DNA of 64,000 bases from Haplodiscus bocki (taxonomy: Eukaryota), in NCBI GenBank assembly GCA_965655095.1, contig OZ296657.1:54188001-54252000 (forward strand), given 5' to 3'. Positions within the stretch are counted from its first letter, which is position 1; each line of letters opens with the position of its first letter. The notes beneath the pieces were generated by a model that had not been told where the DNA came from, searched no databases, and saw only the letters and a list, made by a program, of their open reading frames with translations. The translations under genes and the position numbers were made by a program. Shown piece after piece: positions 49,791-62,879 of the stretch.

Positions 49791-50344
49791 TCTGATAGGA
49801 TTTCGGTAAATGTTGGGCGGAGACAAGACAATCAATGTATTGAGATACTGAGACACGGGAGCTCAAGTGATTGTATTCGGCAAGTATTGAGACGGAGAAG
49901 TGTACTCGGCTTTAAAAGTTTTTCAGGGGAGCAAAAGAGACAAGGGTGAAAACCCAGAAGTATTAAGATAGGTATGAAAAACCGAGAGCAGGGAAAAACT
50001 TCCAATCACTCTCTGAAGTGTTTTTTCGACTGTTGAGGTTGACGATTATTGTCGGCACAGTTAAACAATGGAAAAATGTTCAAATTCTTCCACGCTGTTC
50101 ACGGCCGGATGGATAATCAATACGGCGCGGATACAAGTTTTATGGCTGCAGTTTTTGTTTAGGCTTGCCGTTTTTCAAAACAGGGGCGGTTGAATATTGT
50201 GCTTGGAGATGCTTTGTTACGCTGCGGTTAAATTCTATGGTTACAGCTGTGACCCAATGCTGTGTAAATGATTGGTTTGAAGTTTTCACTACCTGAATAG
50301 GACTTTCTTTTAGAAACGAATAAACACTATGGAGAAAAATTGAA

Positions 50345-53300
50345 ATTTTAAAATCTCGAACGGACGGGCATGATTACCGTCTGCTTTGACCACCCTCTTT
50401 GGATAAAAGTACGAAAAAAGTTTTTTGGTCTGCTCATTGGTAGAGAGAGAGAGAGAGAGAGAGTACGATTCTTTGCTCCAAATCGGCCATTTGAAGATGA
50501 TACATTTTCGTATTAGATTCATTAGATTGTTTATTTCGTTCAATAGAAGTATTAGATTGTTTAGTATTTTGCTGAAGTTTTTATTTTTTTTGGAGGAAGA
50601 ATTGTAGTAATAGTACATTTCACGTCAAAAACACGACTTTTGAGTGCAACAAAAGTCAGCGTTGATCAGTCCAAGCTCTCTCTTGTCGTAAGTCATGTAA
50701 GGGTGCAGAACGTATGGGAAAAAAAATTACAGCTTGCTTCTGCAGTGAAGGTCTTATTAAAGATTTTACTTTGCGACAACTCCACTCTTCCCGTTTTTTC
50801 CGGGTTGCATTTAAACAAATCTTTCACTGCGATTGCAAAGTAAAGAAAGTCTGTATCCAATTTCAGTTTTTTGTTTTTGTCGGTATTGCAAAAAATTGTC
50901 GGTTTTTCAAAAGAAGAAAAAGTTTCTGATAGAGCTCGAATGTTTTCCATTTACCATACTGCAAATTAAAATAAATCTATAGGGATTTCATATGAGGAAG
51001 ATGAAAAAATACTCTTTTTGAGTCAATCTCTGGCTTTGACAGCTCCACTTGATACAGTTGATGGTTAATATGATCTAGTCTCTTGATCTGCCTATTGTTG
51101 ATTGCTGCATGCGTTTTTTCCTCATTCAGGAACTTTTAGCAGTAGCACGAGTACCATGCATAATTTGAAAACTACTGAAACTGTTAGCGAACAATTTTTT
51201 TGACTTTGTCTTTGATATGCTGTACTTGGTTTTTGTGGATTTGTTTCTTTTTTTTGATGATCAATATATTTTTCAGTTAGAGAAAATCGTGCTTCTTGGG
51301 ATGAGCAGTAGTGAAAAAACGCCTCACGGCTTTATCACACAGTGTTGCGCAATGCACGCAATATCCGTCTGCACTGAAACCATCAATCTTTTTCTGACTT
51401 CCTGTGGTGTGGATGATCTCCATCTAGTTTTCGGATATGATTCGTTGAAAACAGGACTTGACCAAAATCTCCAAATTTCTCGTTGTGTTTTGCTTGCGTT
51501 TCAAATTTTTCATATCTTTGTCAACTTCGTATCTGGTGTGGAGGTTTCTGGACATTATGCGACTCACAAAATACAGCTAAAGTTGGCTGGCATCAATCCC
51601 AACAATTGATTTGCAAATGTTCGAGAAATCGCGAGAAAGAGACTTATTAACGACAGCTTTCATGTGAAAACAACTGAAGGCCAGCCAAGTATTTCTTCTC
51701 CAGCAAGTTTCCATACTTCTCTGTGAACAAATGGGTTTCTACACCAAAGTTTTTCCATACGAATGTTGCGGAGACTGGATAAAGTACATTCAGGTTTCAA
51801 CATGTGAAAATTATTATGGTGATCAAATGCAACAATCCGAAATTGGGGCAACTTCTTCGTTGTTTTAGCACCAAAAACTTCTTTGTCACTCTTCACTATC
51901 CGTCTTTTCCACACCTACTTTAGTTAAAGAAATAGTATTTCACAGAGTTTCAATTTAGCCATAGCATTGTCCATCAAAAATGCGATGTTGACCACTTTTT
52001 TTTAGTCCTAAAACTCCGCCTCAACTACTTTCTTTCTTTCTTTTGAAGGGTCTCATAAGGGGGAAGTTCTGTGTATTTCATTTTGTTTGGGGGATTGAGC
52101 GTTTCAAAGAGCAAATAACTTTTTGGTTCCCAATATTTTGAGTGCCACGAAGGAAGAATCAAAATTCGTGGCGCGGCCAAGAACTTTCAAAATGTCGAGC
52201 AACTCGACATTTCCCAACTTGAACAACACAAGTTGATTAGCCCTTTTCTAAATTCTTTCAAGGTTTGATTCGTAACAAGATAAGTAGGTAATGAATGAGT
52301 CTTGATCAAAATGCTGTCCTACTCTGCATTGATGATTCCAAAGAGCGGTAATTTTCGGAATGTCTCTCAAAGTGATCCTGCAGTTCAACTAGTTGGTTTT
52401 TTTTGAATTTGCGGGAGCTATTTTAGGTATTTATCGAGATCACTTTCGAACAAGTCTGCTTTGTTGTGTGTTTCACAGCTGCAACATTGATTAAGAATTT
52501 TGAGGTTCTGTGCAAGTTATTTTAGTATTGTTGTTCAACGTGGAGGAAAATCATTTTCGTTTGCGTTTTTTTTTGCGTGGCCAGGCTCTCGGTAGCATCT
52601 TTGAAAGATTACACCAAGTCACGTGACTGTACTTTGCAGAGAAAATTGAGACCTTTTTGAAGATTAGATGACATTGAACAGAATATAGGATAAGTTTCCT
52701 GATCGATGATGTCGTATTTTGTCTACATTTGTAGTATCCCATAACACGCACACAAAGTGACTCAAAATCAAAAACATTTGAATACTTTAAATATAGTTTT
52801 TTGATCAGTAATCGTGATATCAAAAGCATCTATTTTGTCAATTAGTGTTTAACAGTGCTGATGTTCATTCTCCGGGAAAAGTCTGAGAGCATTTTTTGCA
52901 AGATGTCTAAGGTCTGCCCAGTTTCCCAGCTTTTTTACTGGAATGATCCCACAAGTACGAACAATAAGTTTCAAAACGGGCATTGAAAATGGGAGGATGG
53001 CAAATGAGCCGAGTGTATTGCAAGTTCTTCACAGCCTTGGAGTACTTCTCTATGCTTCTTTTCACAATTTCACTGCTCTCCACAAAATCAATGTCTTGCA
53101 AGAAAACGTTGCTTGTGGTCAAGTTTTCAAATGTTGAAATACATTCATACAGACTCCTTTAAAACTGGATGCATCAATGTTCTCCATGTTCCGTAGATAA
53201 GCTGCATTGAATTTGGTACTCTCTTCTTCTCGTGTGCCATTACCGTGCAAATGGAAAACAAGGTCTCTGAAGGTACATACACTGTCACTCCATGGTTTTC

Positions 53301-54090
53301 TGGCGTTCTTGTCAAAAACTGAACGGTTGTATGAATCCTTTTTGGTTAATAATTCTGACCAAACAGCCTTAAGTGGGAGAAATTGCCGTTTTTGTTAGCC
53401 TGTAAGTCTTTAGCTATTTGTTTCACGTTTTCTGTTCATGATTCAATCACACCAATGTTAATTGGCAAAGTATGGGTTTGTCGAACATTTTTGCTCTTAG
53501 CCACCTTTTTGAGTTTTTCCCAGTAAGCTATTTTGGTTCAGTGGGCGTAAAATCGACAACAACTACAAACTTTCACAGTTCTATGAACAAAACCAAATGC
53601 TACATTCAGCTGAGTTGAACAATATTGCTATCAAGCACTGTAAATCTTCAATAAACAGAAACTTGTTCAAAGAGTTAATCGCAAAATTGAAAACTCTGTG
53701 TCTCCCACTTTCCATTTTAGAGTCTACGAAGTAGAGTTTGCACGTATCCGATTTTTTTGCCAACAATCGGCGTCGACATCTCCAACCTTCGTTTAGTGTT
53801 AGCAATTTCTGACTCCATTCTACCTACTGTATTCTGCGTCTTTTGTCTGTATACTCGCAAAAATGTCAAACTGCAAAAGTCTTTACCTATATGTTGACAC
53901 TTTTAGATGTTCTGTGGTGGTTGATTGGAGCTTTGCTAAGAGGTTGTTGAGGGATTGGTATACTAAGTACAAAATTGTTCTCAAGGTCGACATTTTTTAT
54001 GTGCCCCACTTTGTAGTTTGTTCTAGTTTTGTTCAAGTATTTTGAAAAGTATTTTTTTTTCGGGTGTTAAGGTAGTCAGTTCATTAACAA
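50345..54090 (-). pseudogene. pPolB of copy C
   Basis: YFVDSKMESGRHRVFNFA, VFDFESLCV, VGIDASQL, LDTDFLY, YFYPKRVVKADGNH. Confidence 0.9.
50442..50463 (+). repeat. (AG)n microsatellite inside pol C
   Basis: AGAGAG run. Confidence 0.9.
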
Positions 54091-55664
54091 GTGTCCAACA
54101 GATTTTTCTGAAACAAAATGTAAAGTTTATTGCAAATTGACTGAAGCGAAATATTGAAACAACGCCAATAATTTTTTGCCAGTGATACGCAGTACTTTAT
54201 ACCATGTTTGGGGAGATCAAAAAAACAAAGTCTGATTCAAATGACTGAAGAAGGAGCCATCAATGATTTTATTGTGCTCCGGAGTAGAAATCTGGTAATG
54301 AGTGGACGTTAAGTTTTCAAACTCCTCATTTTTTCCAGTGACGAGATTTTTACTCGAAAAATTAATCACGTAGAACAAAATACCTTAGAAGGACTACAGC
54401 GTGTCTGGAAAATGAAAGAATGGGTTAATCTGCCATGTTGAGCGTACATAAAATCTTAGTAAATTATCAAAGTGCAAGTTGTTTTCACTGAGTTTCCACG
54501 CAAGTACTTCCATATCAAGTGTCGATTGAATCAGTAAACAAAAAAACTGAATTGTGTACAGTGTCTTATCAGGAGTCTATAAAAGCTGGAGCGACAATGT
54601 GGTTGGCAGTATTTGGCAACAAAGGAAATCTTGTGATCTAATGAAAGCTTTCAACCACAAAATCACAGTTTTTCATTGTTTTGGATGTTCAAAACCAACT
54701 TGTTTGAAAAATCGTTGCTGAAGTTGAGGCTGGGAAACAAAAATCTTCATCAATCCGCATCGCTTTTATCTCTCTATCACCGACTTGATCATTTTACCAA
54801 ATTTACTGATTATGGGCAGTTGATGGTCCTTATTCGATTTTGAAATTTTTTTCAAAAAAGCTGTTTTGTTTTGCCACAAAAGGGCCGACAAAAAATAGTC
54901 GAATCAGCAGTTAACACAAAGCAGTTGAGGGATCGAAGAAAAACATTTCTGCCTAGCGCTCTGCACAATGAAATGTGGTTTTGAACGCAAACTGTAACTT
55001 GAGCAAATCCAGGTTCCCTGATCTCCTTCAGGATCTACAAGATTTCGTTTTTTGGTGCAAATTGGTCATTTCATCATTTCAACTTTCAACATCTTTTTTG
55101 ATCACGCTAAACTGCATAGATTTTGCAATTTTAGTCCGTCTTGGAAATCATTGAGCGTTTACAATTTTGGCAAACTTCCACTGTTCGTTACAACATTTTT
55201 GCAAGGTGTCAGACTTTGAATATGAAAAGGTCGCCATCAGATTTAGCTCCAGGTTTCCTGCAACAAGTCTGATATTGATTTCGTCTTTATTTTACTCTCA
55301 TGTCATCAGATATACTTTTCACAGCGCTTCCTTATTGGAACCATGACCAATTTCAGCTTAAACCACCAGGTAAAACAGACAAAAGTGTTCAGTTTTCAAA
55401 ATCTAGTTCATCAAATGCTTTTCGTTGTCCCTTTAACTTCTAAATTTGCAGTGCTGCTAATTTTTTCTCTGTATACCCTCGATATATGAAAAGGAACCAA
55501 AATTCGTTTTTCTCAGACTTGTTTGGCAAGTTTTCAAAAAAATTCAATTTAGAGTGAAACTTTTTGGCTTCTTGTTTTTTTAATGGAAAGCGAGTAGACC
55601 AGATTACGTATTAAATTCAACTCCCATCAGCAGATTCTGACACATTTTCGATTCTTTCTACAAA

Positions 55665-58600
55665 ACGACAACTTCTCCGGAACAAGTGATGTCGCGCTTA
55701 ATCTTTACATATTGGAGTTGTAGGAGGTGAGTTCTGGTCTTCTTCCTCATACTATTCAATGGTTTTGTCGACTGCACCCATCATCTTGTCGACATCGACA
55801 AACACTTTATAGCGAGAGGTTTCTATGACTGGTCGGAAGACAGCCTCTATATAAAAGTCAAGGTATTGCGACTGGATCAAAATGTCCTCTGAATGTGATA
55901 CTTGATAAACGCCCGTAAACAGCTCTGCTGCAACAGTTGAAAGCCTTTCTTCCCTCATCGCTACAGTTCCGGGCGGGTTTTGATGAAATCTTAAGTTGGT
56001 TCCTGGCTAAATGCTGGTCCAAGAAATCTTGCCTTCAAGACAGCCGAAAAAGTCAGGTTGGCAAAGGATACTCTTTTGACTAGGTTGTTTAGTTTTTGAC
56101 CAAGTTTGCGACAGTGAGAATAATTCAATCTGGTCCGAAGTCAAATTTACAAATTTTGTTCCGTTCGACACTGAGAAAAAAAATTGCTGCTTAGATGTAG
56201 ATTGAGGTTGCATAAATTGAGAAGAAAAACTGTTTGTCTCTCAATTGATCATCAAACGGAAGGTCAATACGGCTATGCAATAAATAGGTTTTTTTCCAGT
56301 TTTTTTTTGTGGTGCGGTCTTGTCAGAAAAATTTCATCTCTAAAAAGAATTGTTTTTCTTTTTTGATGCGACAGTTCGTTATTTTTGCTAAGCAATGAGT
56401 CACATCACTACCAGATGAGGTAATAGTCGAACTTTCTCTTTCAGAAATAACTAGCTGAGCACTTTCCATTCTCGTAGCGGACTTATTCTGCAAAATCTTG
56501 AATTGTTGTAATAAATGAGCCAACTTTTAGTTCTTTCACATTCAATGAAACACGTCTCCAAAACGAGGCGTCCTCAACTGTCTAAATCGAATTGCTAGAT
56601 GTAGTTGTCTGTTGGAGTGTTCTTCTATGTCTTTCTAACCATGAAGAAGTCTTTTGGTATCATGGATTCAATACAATTTTTGTGTCCGTCGTTCGAATTG
56701 TAGAATTTTTTTTGGTTGTTGGAAAACTTTCAGAAAATCGATCAATTGTCAAATCTAGAACTAATTTTCTTTCCAGTAAAAGAGACTTCTTTTTCGAGCA
56801 GTCGTTGTTGAATCTTCAGGACACAAAAAAAGACAAGATGATTGCAAAATTGATTGAATGGGGAGCCGTCACTGACTCGCAACAGTTGGTTGTGAGATAA
56901 TGAAATTAAAACATTGTTGCGGTAACAAGAATTTCCTTTGCTCAAATAGGTTTTTTTATCCAAAGAAGAAAATCAAATGCACTGAATCAGTATTCTTTGT
57001 ATGAAGGTCTTTTCGGTGGTGTAGTGATAAAAGCAATGCTAATTGATCCAGGACTTCCAGGTTCAGCAACAACATTAATGCAACCGCTTTTTAACAAAAC
57101 CAAAAAATTGTAAAAATCTCTTTCGACAACGAACCGTTAATTGGGTGCTTAGAGATTTGATTGGATCACTAGAATCCTTATTTTGCCGCAAAATATCAGG
57201 AATGTTTTAAATCAATGTTTATAGCCTCTAGAAAACTAGCACTGTGCAAAGATTACATTTTGTTCATAATAGGACTGTGCTTGACACTTGGTACGAACCT
57301 ACTTGCTTATAAACTCAGGGGGTACTTGCTGCAATTGAAAACTTTGCCCAGAATTTTTCCTCTAAATCTCTGAAATTGTTCCACTTGATTGAATTTCTCA
57401 CACTTTAATTTGTCGTATCTGTGGAATTGATCGCACTCGATCATTTTGCAAATAAAATCTGGTCACTTCGGAAGACAAAAAAATACATTAACTAATGCTT
57501 TCTTTCCACCAGATGTCGGCTCTGGATAATAACCAAACGATTGACGGCTCCTTCCAAGGACATAAGAAGAAATCTTTCGTTTGATGGTTTTGCCTTTTAT
57601 GGTAAAGTACGGAGTATCAATTGCAACAACTCAATCGCCAATGCTGCTTTTTTGTTGCTACAGTCGGTTGCAACAATCTTTACGAATGTTGCAGACTCTC
57701 CTGTTCAGCAATTAAAAACTTTGCTTTGTTTTCCTTCCACCGTAAAAATCTGTGAAAGGTGTGGAACATTGACTGAAAGGAACTATGATATCTCGAAGGG
57801 ATTTTATCCTGGTGCACTTTACTTAGTGTCGTAGATTTTCATACACTTCTAAGCCTATCAACCTCTCAATTTTTCACTCTGCACACCTTATTGTCAATTG
57901 AAATGTTTAACAACCAAATACGTCAACATAGCAAGTGCGCAGACAAAAAGTTCACAATGCAAATACAAGGACGGTAATAAAAAAACATCGAAACTTCGAG
58001 ATATTAGGGAATGTCGGCGACAGTTGTTTCCAAGAAAAATTGGAAATGTGGAGACACTTCTTCGTAAAATCTGAAGTAGAGAATGGAGATATGAGGTGTT
58101 CATTTTTGCAATTAATTGTCTGAAGTCGCACTGGGACTAGTCCAAAAACAAGGTGGCATATAAAGACGTCTGACTGAGTCACGTTTTTTCTGAACAACGA
58201 TCAAGTGGTTGAATCTAGCATAACAGAACGGGAAACACAAACTGACAGGCGGTCGACTTCTACATTTGCTCGAGGATTTTACTTTGGGCTGTAAAATGCT
58301 GTTTCGTCATACGAAATGATTTGAAAAGTTTCAATTGATCGTTCAAGTTCAGAAAAGAAACTTAAAAAGCTACAACGGGAATTTTTTGTCTCCTCACTGC
58401 CTGTGTTTTCCAATTGCAGGGCAATGGCAAAAAAAGAAAGGACTTTTCACGCTGTCTGCCACCATTACATAGGACATGGAAGACGTTTTCGCGTCCAATT
58501 CAGAAAAAGCTGGCTTTTTTGATATTACAGTAGGTAACAATTTGACAAGATAAATATTTTCCTGTACAACTTTTATTTTCTAGATGGAATTCAACTCGTT

Positions 58601-61600
58601 GAAATTGCAAAACAGAAGCAAAGAAAAATTTTCTGACAACGTGAGGCCGTTAAAATACACCTCGTTTTTTGCGATGTTTCTAATACCAATGCTCTTCTCA
58701 AAACTTATCGTTGCTACTTTTAGGATCATTTCATTGATTGAGCTAAAAAACTGCACAAACGTATAACATCTTGCAAAGAATGAATTTGCGAGTTTCGTGA
58801 AGACAGTATACTAACCCTGTAAAACTCTATTTGATGAGTACAGCCTTTTGATGTCCCGTACAGTGATGGTCAAAAGGTATTTACAAATTTTTTTTGTCCT
58901 TCTGCGAACTGATCCCGAGTGATTCATTGTCTTTTTTCGTGCATTCTCTCGAGAAATTAGCCAAACAAATTAAGGTGGAATTGAGGTTGAAAATGCTGCA
59001 ATTTGAATTAACAATACGGAGTAAGCTTGTTCTGATTGCTGAAGTTCTTATTGATGTCGGGGTCATAGAAACTAAATCGAGGCGGTTTGCATCGAAGATG
59101 ACTCTGATAAGGCCTCGAAAACTTTCTACAAATGCAGAAAAATCTTCTAAATGATTCGAAGTTTTTTCCGAAGGATATTGCTGAACACTAGCCGTCTGTA
59201 GATTCAATGGTGCAGCGCACAATACAAATTTTATCAAGGCTGCTTTATCACACATTTTCTTATGACTGAATTACTGAGCCAGTTGTTATGGAGACGGCCA
59301 ATTTTTTTTGTCTCGCTTTGGTTTGGTGATGTTCAGTTGCATGACATTTTGTTTTCTTTTCTTAGTCGAATCTCGGAATTGTTCTAAGAAACATAAAACC
59401 TGAAAAAGTTCATAATAAAGGACTGGCTCAACTACCGAGAAATTTTGTGTCTCACGGACGTTCATCGTCAAGTACTGTTTCACACTAGTTTACGAAACTG
59501 CAAACTTTTTGAAAGAAGTACCAACATAATTGAAAAATTGATCCACAAGTGTTGACCTCAGGCTTGGTCTTGGCTGTTTCGAAACTTTACGGAGTACTAC
59601 TAACTGGAGCAGAAAAAACTGTGTGTGTTCGGAGAAGGTGTTGAAAAATGAAAAAAAATCCACTGTCAGACAGTTTTTGCTGTTGTTGAACCACAAAGGA
59701 ATTGTTGCAACCTTAGAGTTGATGCGGAATGTGGCTGTATTTTATCACATTAAGGGCATCCATATGCTCAGAGTTGATTTCACGTAGCCAACTTGGTAAA
59801 CTTTTCTACCCGAGTCCTCTTAATCAAACTTTCATTTATTCATGGAGAGCGACAAGGTTTTGCTGGAGGAAACTTGCAGAGACTTTTTTTCGGATTGTCG
59901 GAACTTTTTGCAAGTAACTCTAAGGCTGATGAGACTCTGTTTTGCAAGTTGTGAAACATTTTGAAATCAAATGTTGGGATTGAGGTTGGCAAACTTTACT
60001 CGTATTCTTTTTGTCCGCCCCTGTCAAAAGGATTTCATATTATTTTGGGGTTTTAGGAAAAGTTGCAAGGATACAAACGCAAAATGAAATGTCGAGAAAC
60101 TTCCTTTTTAATTCAATAAACCTTAGCTTTCAAAAGGTTTGATACGAATCAGAATGGATTATAAAACAGGAAATTTGTTTACATCAGGAACTCAGAAAAA
60201 GTATGAATGTTTCATAGTTTACAGATTTTGCCCGAATTGCAACACTAAATTTCAATCCATGGGATATTTTCAATTTTAATGTTCATAACAGGAAGCAAAT
60301 TTTTTTAACGAAAAACATATTGTACTTGGAACTAAAAAGTGTCAGATGGATGAAAGGCGAAAAGAGTCTATCGAGGACGGAAGATTAGAATTTTGGATTT
60401 TAAAGATTTTAATTTGTGGCACGATGCAAGGCAGATGCTTCAGTATAACAACAATCGGCTGAAGTATTCCCTTTCAGCAGACCATTGTTAGAAGAAAACT
60501 TCAGGAAAAACTCAATATTGGACTCGTTGGTTGGTTGGATAGAGTGTTTTTTTTCCAGATTGTTTTAGAGGACAAATTGACAATTTCTGCACAATCTTTA
60601 GAAAAAAAAGTGAGGCATGTCAATAAAAGAATGCTCCTTCAAGGCTACAGCTTGGAAAATAAAAGCGGGTCATAGTCCAGACAAAAAGAATAATAAATTG
60701 AAAGTTGGGGTTACAGAAAGGTTTCTCGATTACTCTGTTACTTTCATTCTATTTGGAACCACACCTCGTTTGAATGGAAGATTACCAGTTTACTCTTGTT
60801 AACTTTTTCAACATTCTTGTTTAGTCTGCTGTTTATTCTAATCCACAAGGAGAGAACAATCCCAAAATTTTGTATCAGCAGCACCAAAGAAATTTCTTAC
60901 CTTTAGTTTCTATAGTTGGCAAATTGGTTGTAGTTGTGTTTTTCTTATAACAAATTTGAGTAAAGAAGAAACGCATGCAACTGTGGGACTACAAACTTAT
61001 GAAAACGTTTTATTCTGTAAAGTTGACCTGATAGAGTCATTGATTGGATGTTAAGAGCCAACCTTAGCAGGTTTACTTATCTTGCAGTCCGCTAAATAAT
61101 GAATGAAGGTCTATCACAACTTCTTTACAGAACTTTGCATTGTCAACAAACACAAAAATGGAAGTAGATGCAGGTTGTTTTTAGTTTCCGCGCGCGGCTA
61201 GAGAAAAATACGTATGTATTCGAGAAAAAAGAGCAAGAGTGGGACTTAATGCGAAGCAAAAACTGTGACGATACTTTCACTGCAAACGCCAGCCCTAATT
61301 TCTTTCCAGGTATATTTTGCTCAAAAAATAAGAGACACGGCAGGTCAGAGCCTGGCTTGTTCAAAGAGGAATACAGTTGACTGCAACAAAGTGATGATTT
61401 AGGGAACGTACGAATTTGATATTACGAATCTTGCTCCAACAAGAGTAAGTTCAGCTAAAAACAACCAAACGAACGATTTTTTAAAGACAGTAGAGATAGT
61501 CACATGGCAAAGCCTCCGAAACTTTTTAGGAGACAAAACTATAACATCATCAAATCACGACTTGGGAACAAGTAATTTTAGTGTGATTACCTATGGCTAC

Positions 61601-62060
61601 ACCATGGAAGGCTTTTTGCATTTTTAAACTAAATCGAAAGAGGAATGTAGCTTCAGTTGGCGTTTATACTCTTTTGTTTAGAACGAAATCTCTGTAGGGC
61701 CTATGAGATGTTATTGTTCGCTTTTATACTTTCCCAATATTGTCTGAGAGCTTGTTATCAACTCTTTCACAAACTATTAGGTCAAATAAGAAAGCACCAA
61801 ATAATTGCGTCTTAAAAAACTATCCACAGGCGTACCTATAAACGCTGACGTAAAATTCATCTCGGCGATGTGACACTTATCCGGTAAGCAGTTCACACCC
61901 CGGGAAACATTCTGTTCTTCTAATAAAAAGTCTTAGAGTGCCAAAAATGAACTGTTTAACCCATGTCCCTATTTTCAAAGTTGCAAACCCCTACAGCTTT
62001 CACTAATACAATGCCTAGTATTATTCCTATCTTAAAATAATGCCGTTGGATTCTTAGGAA
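55665..62060 (+). mobile_element. Polinton copy D: polymerase-side half, same orientation as B
   Basis: Minus-strand homologs of B 42000-43860 at 55665-57100, plus-strand pPolB, subterminal and TIR remnants at 61790-62060. Confidence 0.75.
57715..61685 (+). pseudogene. pPolB of copy D (heavily degraded)
   Basis: CERCGTLT, EKLEMWRHFFVKSEVENG, VGIEVGKLYS, NFFPGIFCSKNKRHGRSEPGLFKEEY. Confidence 0.85.
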
Positions 62061-62113
62061 ACTTGTAGGCAGCCAATTGGAAGCAAGCACGAAAAACTGT
62101 GTCAAAACACAGG

Positions 62114-62174
62114 CATTTCACCCGCCTAATTAAAACATTTCACCCGCCTAATTAAAACATTTCACCCGCCTAAT
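62114..62174 (+). repeat. Perfect 22-bp tandem repeat, about 2.8 copies
   Basis: CATTTCACCCGCCTAATTAAAA repeated. Confidence 0.95.
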
Positions 62175-62879
62175 AACGAAGGACACAAGGAAGAATATTT
62201 ACCAATGAATACCGTTTTCGCCCACCAATCGTCTCATGGAGCCCATAGCACATCTCACAACACGGAAATAACTTCACTCGCCAGCTTGCGAGGTCCTTTT
62301 TTCTACCAATCGCAAGTTGGACGGTAAATTCCGGTTGTGATCGAAGCTTCATGCCAAGCTAGTTTCACTCCCGCTAGTTTTCACTAGTCGACGTAACTCT
62401 GACCTCAGAACACCTAATAAACATTTTGGGTGTTTTATCCAATCTAACCCCTACTTCGTTATTTTTGAAATAAATCAGTCAAATGGCTGGGCCAACCGTG
62501 GACGCAAAAGGGACGATACTTAAGATATTAAAACCAAAATCGAAAAAAAACATGATTTAGATACACGTGTTCACACACATTTTTAACTAATTTTTATGAC
62601 TTGTAGGGTTCACCACTTAGCCGTTCTTCTGCATTTAGAGAGTAAAATGCTGGAACAATCCTTGATTTAGTTTGGTTTATCTACTTTGTAACCTTATCCA
62701 GAATCAAGTCATCAGTTACTTTTTGACTGACATCATTGCAACGTCAATCTTAAATACCACAGGTTTTGTTATTTATGTGTCACAAAAATGATGGCCTAAA
62801 AATTGCACAATCTAAATTGTTACTTCATAGTTTAAAAGTCACTCGAAAAGAGGTTGCAAAAAAAGAGCGTACATAATGA

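Larger units (their letters stand above)
49795..55665 (-). mobile_element. Polinton copy C: polymerase-side half, inverted relative to B
   Basis: TIR-like motifs (ATGTATTGAGATA, GTATTAAGATAGG) at 49795-50260, minus-strand pPolB, then plus-strand homolog of B 43190-43860. Confidence 0.8.

Noticed and set aside
57541-58123. Possible second exonuclease or membrane protein gene in C/D
   Set aside because: Closer reading shows this is the zinc-finger N-terminus of pol D
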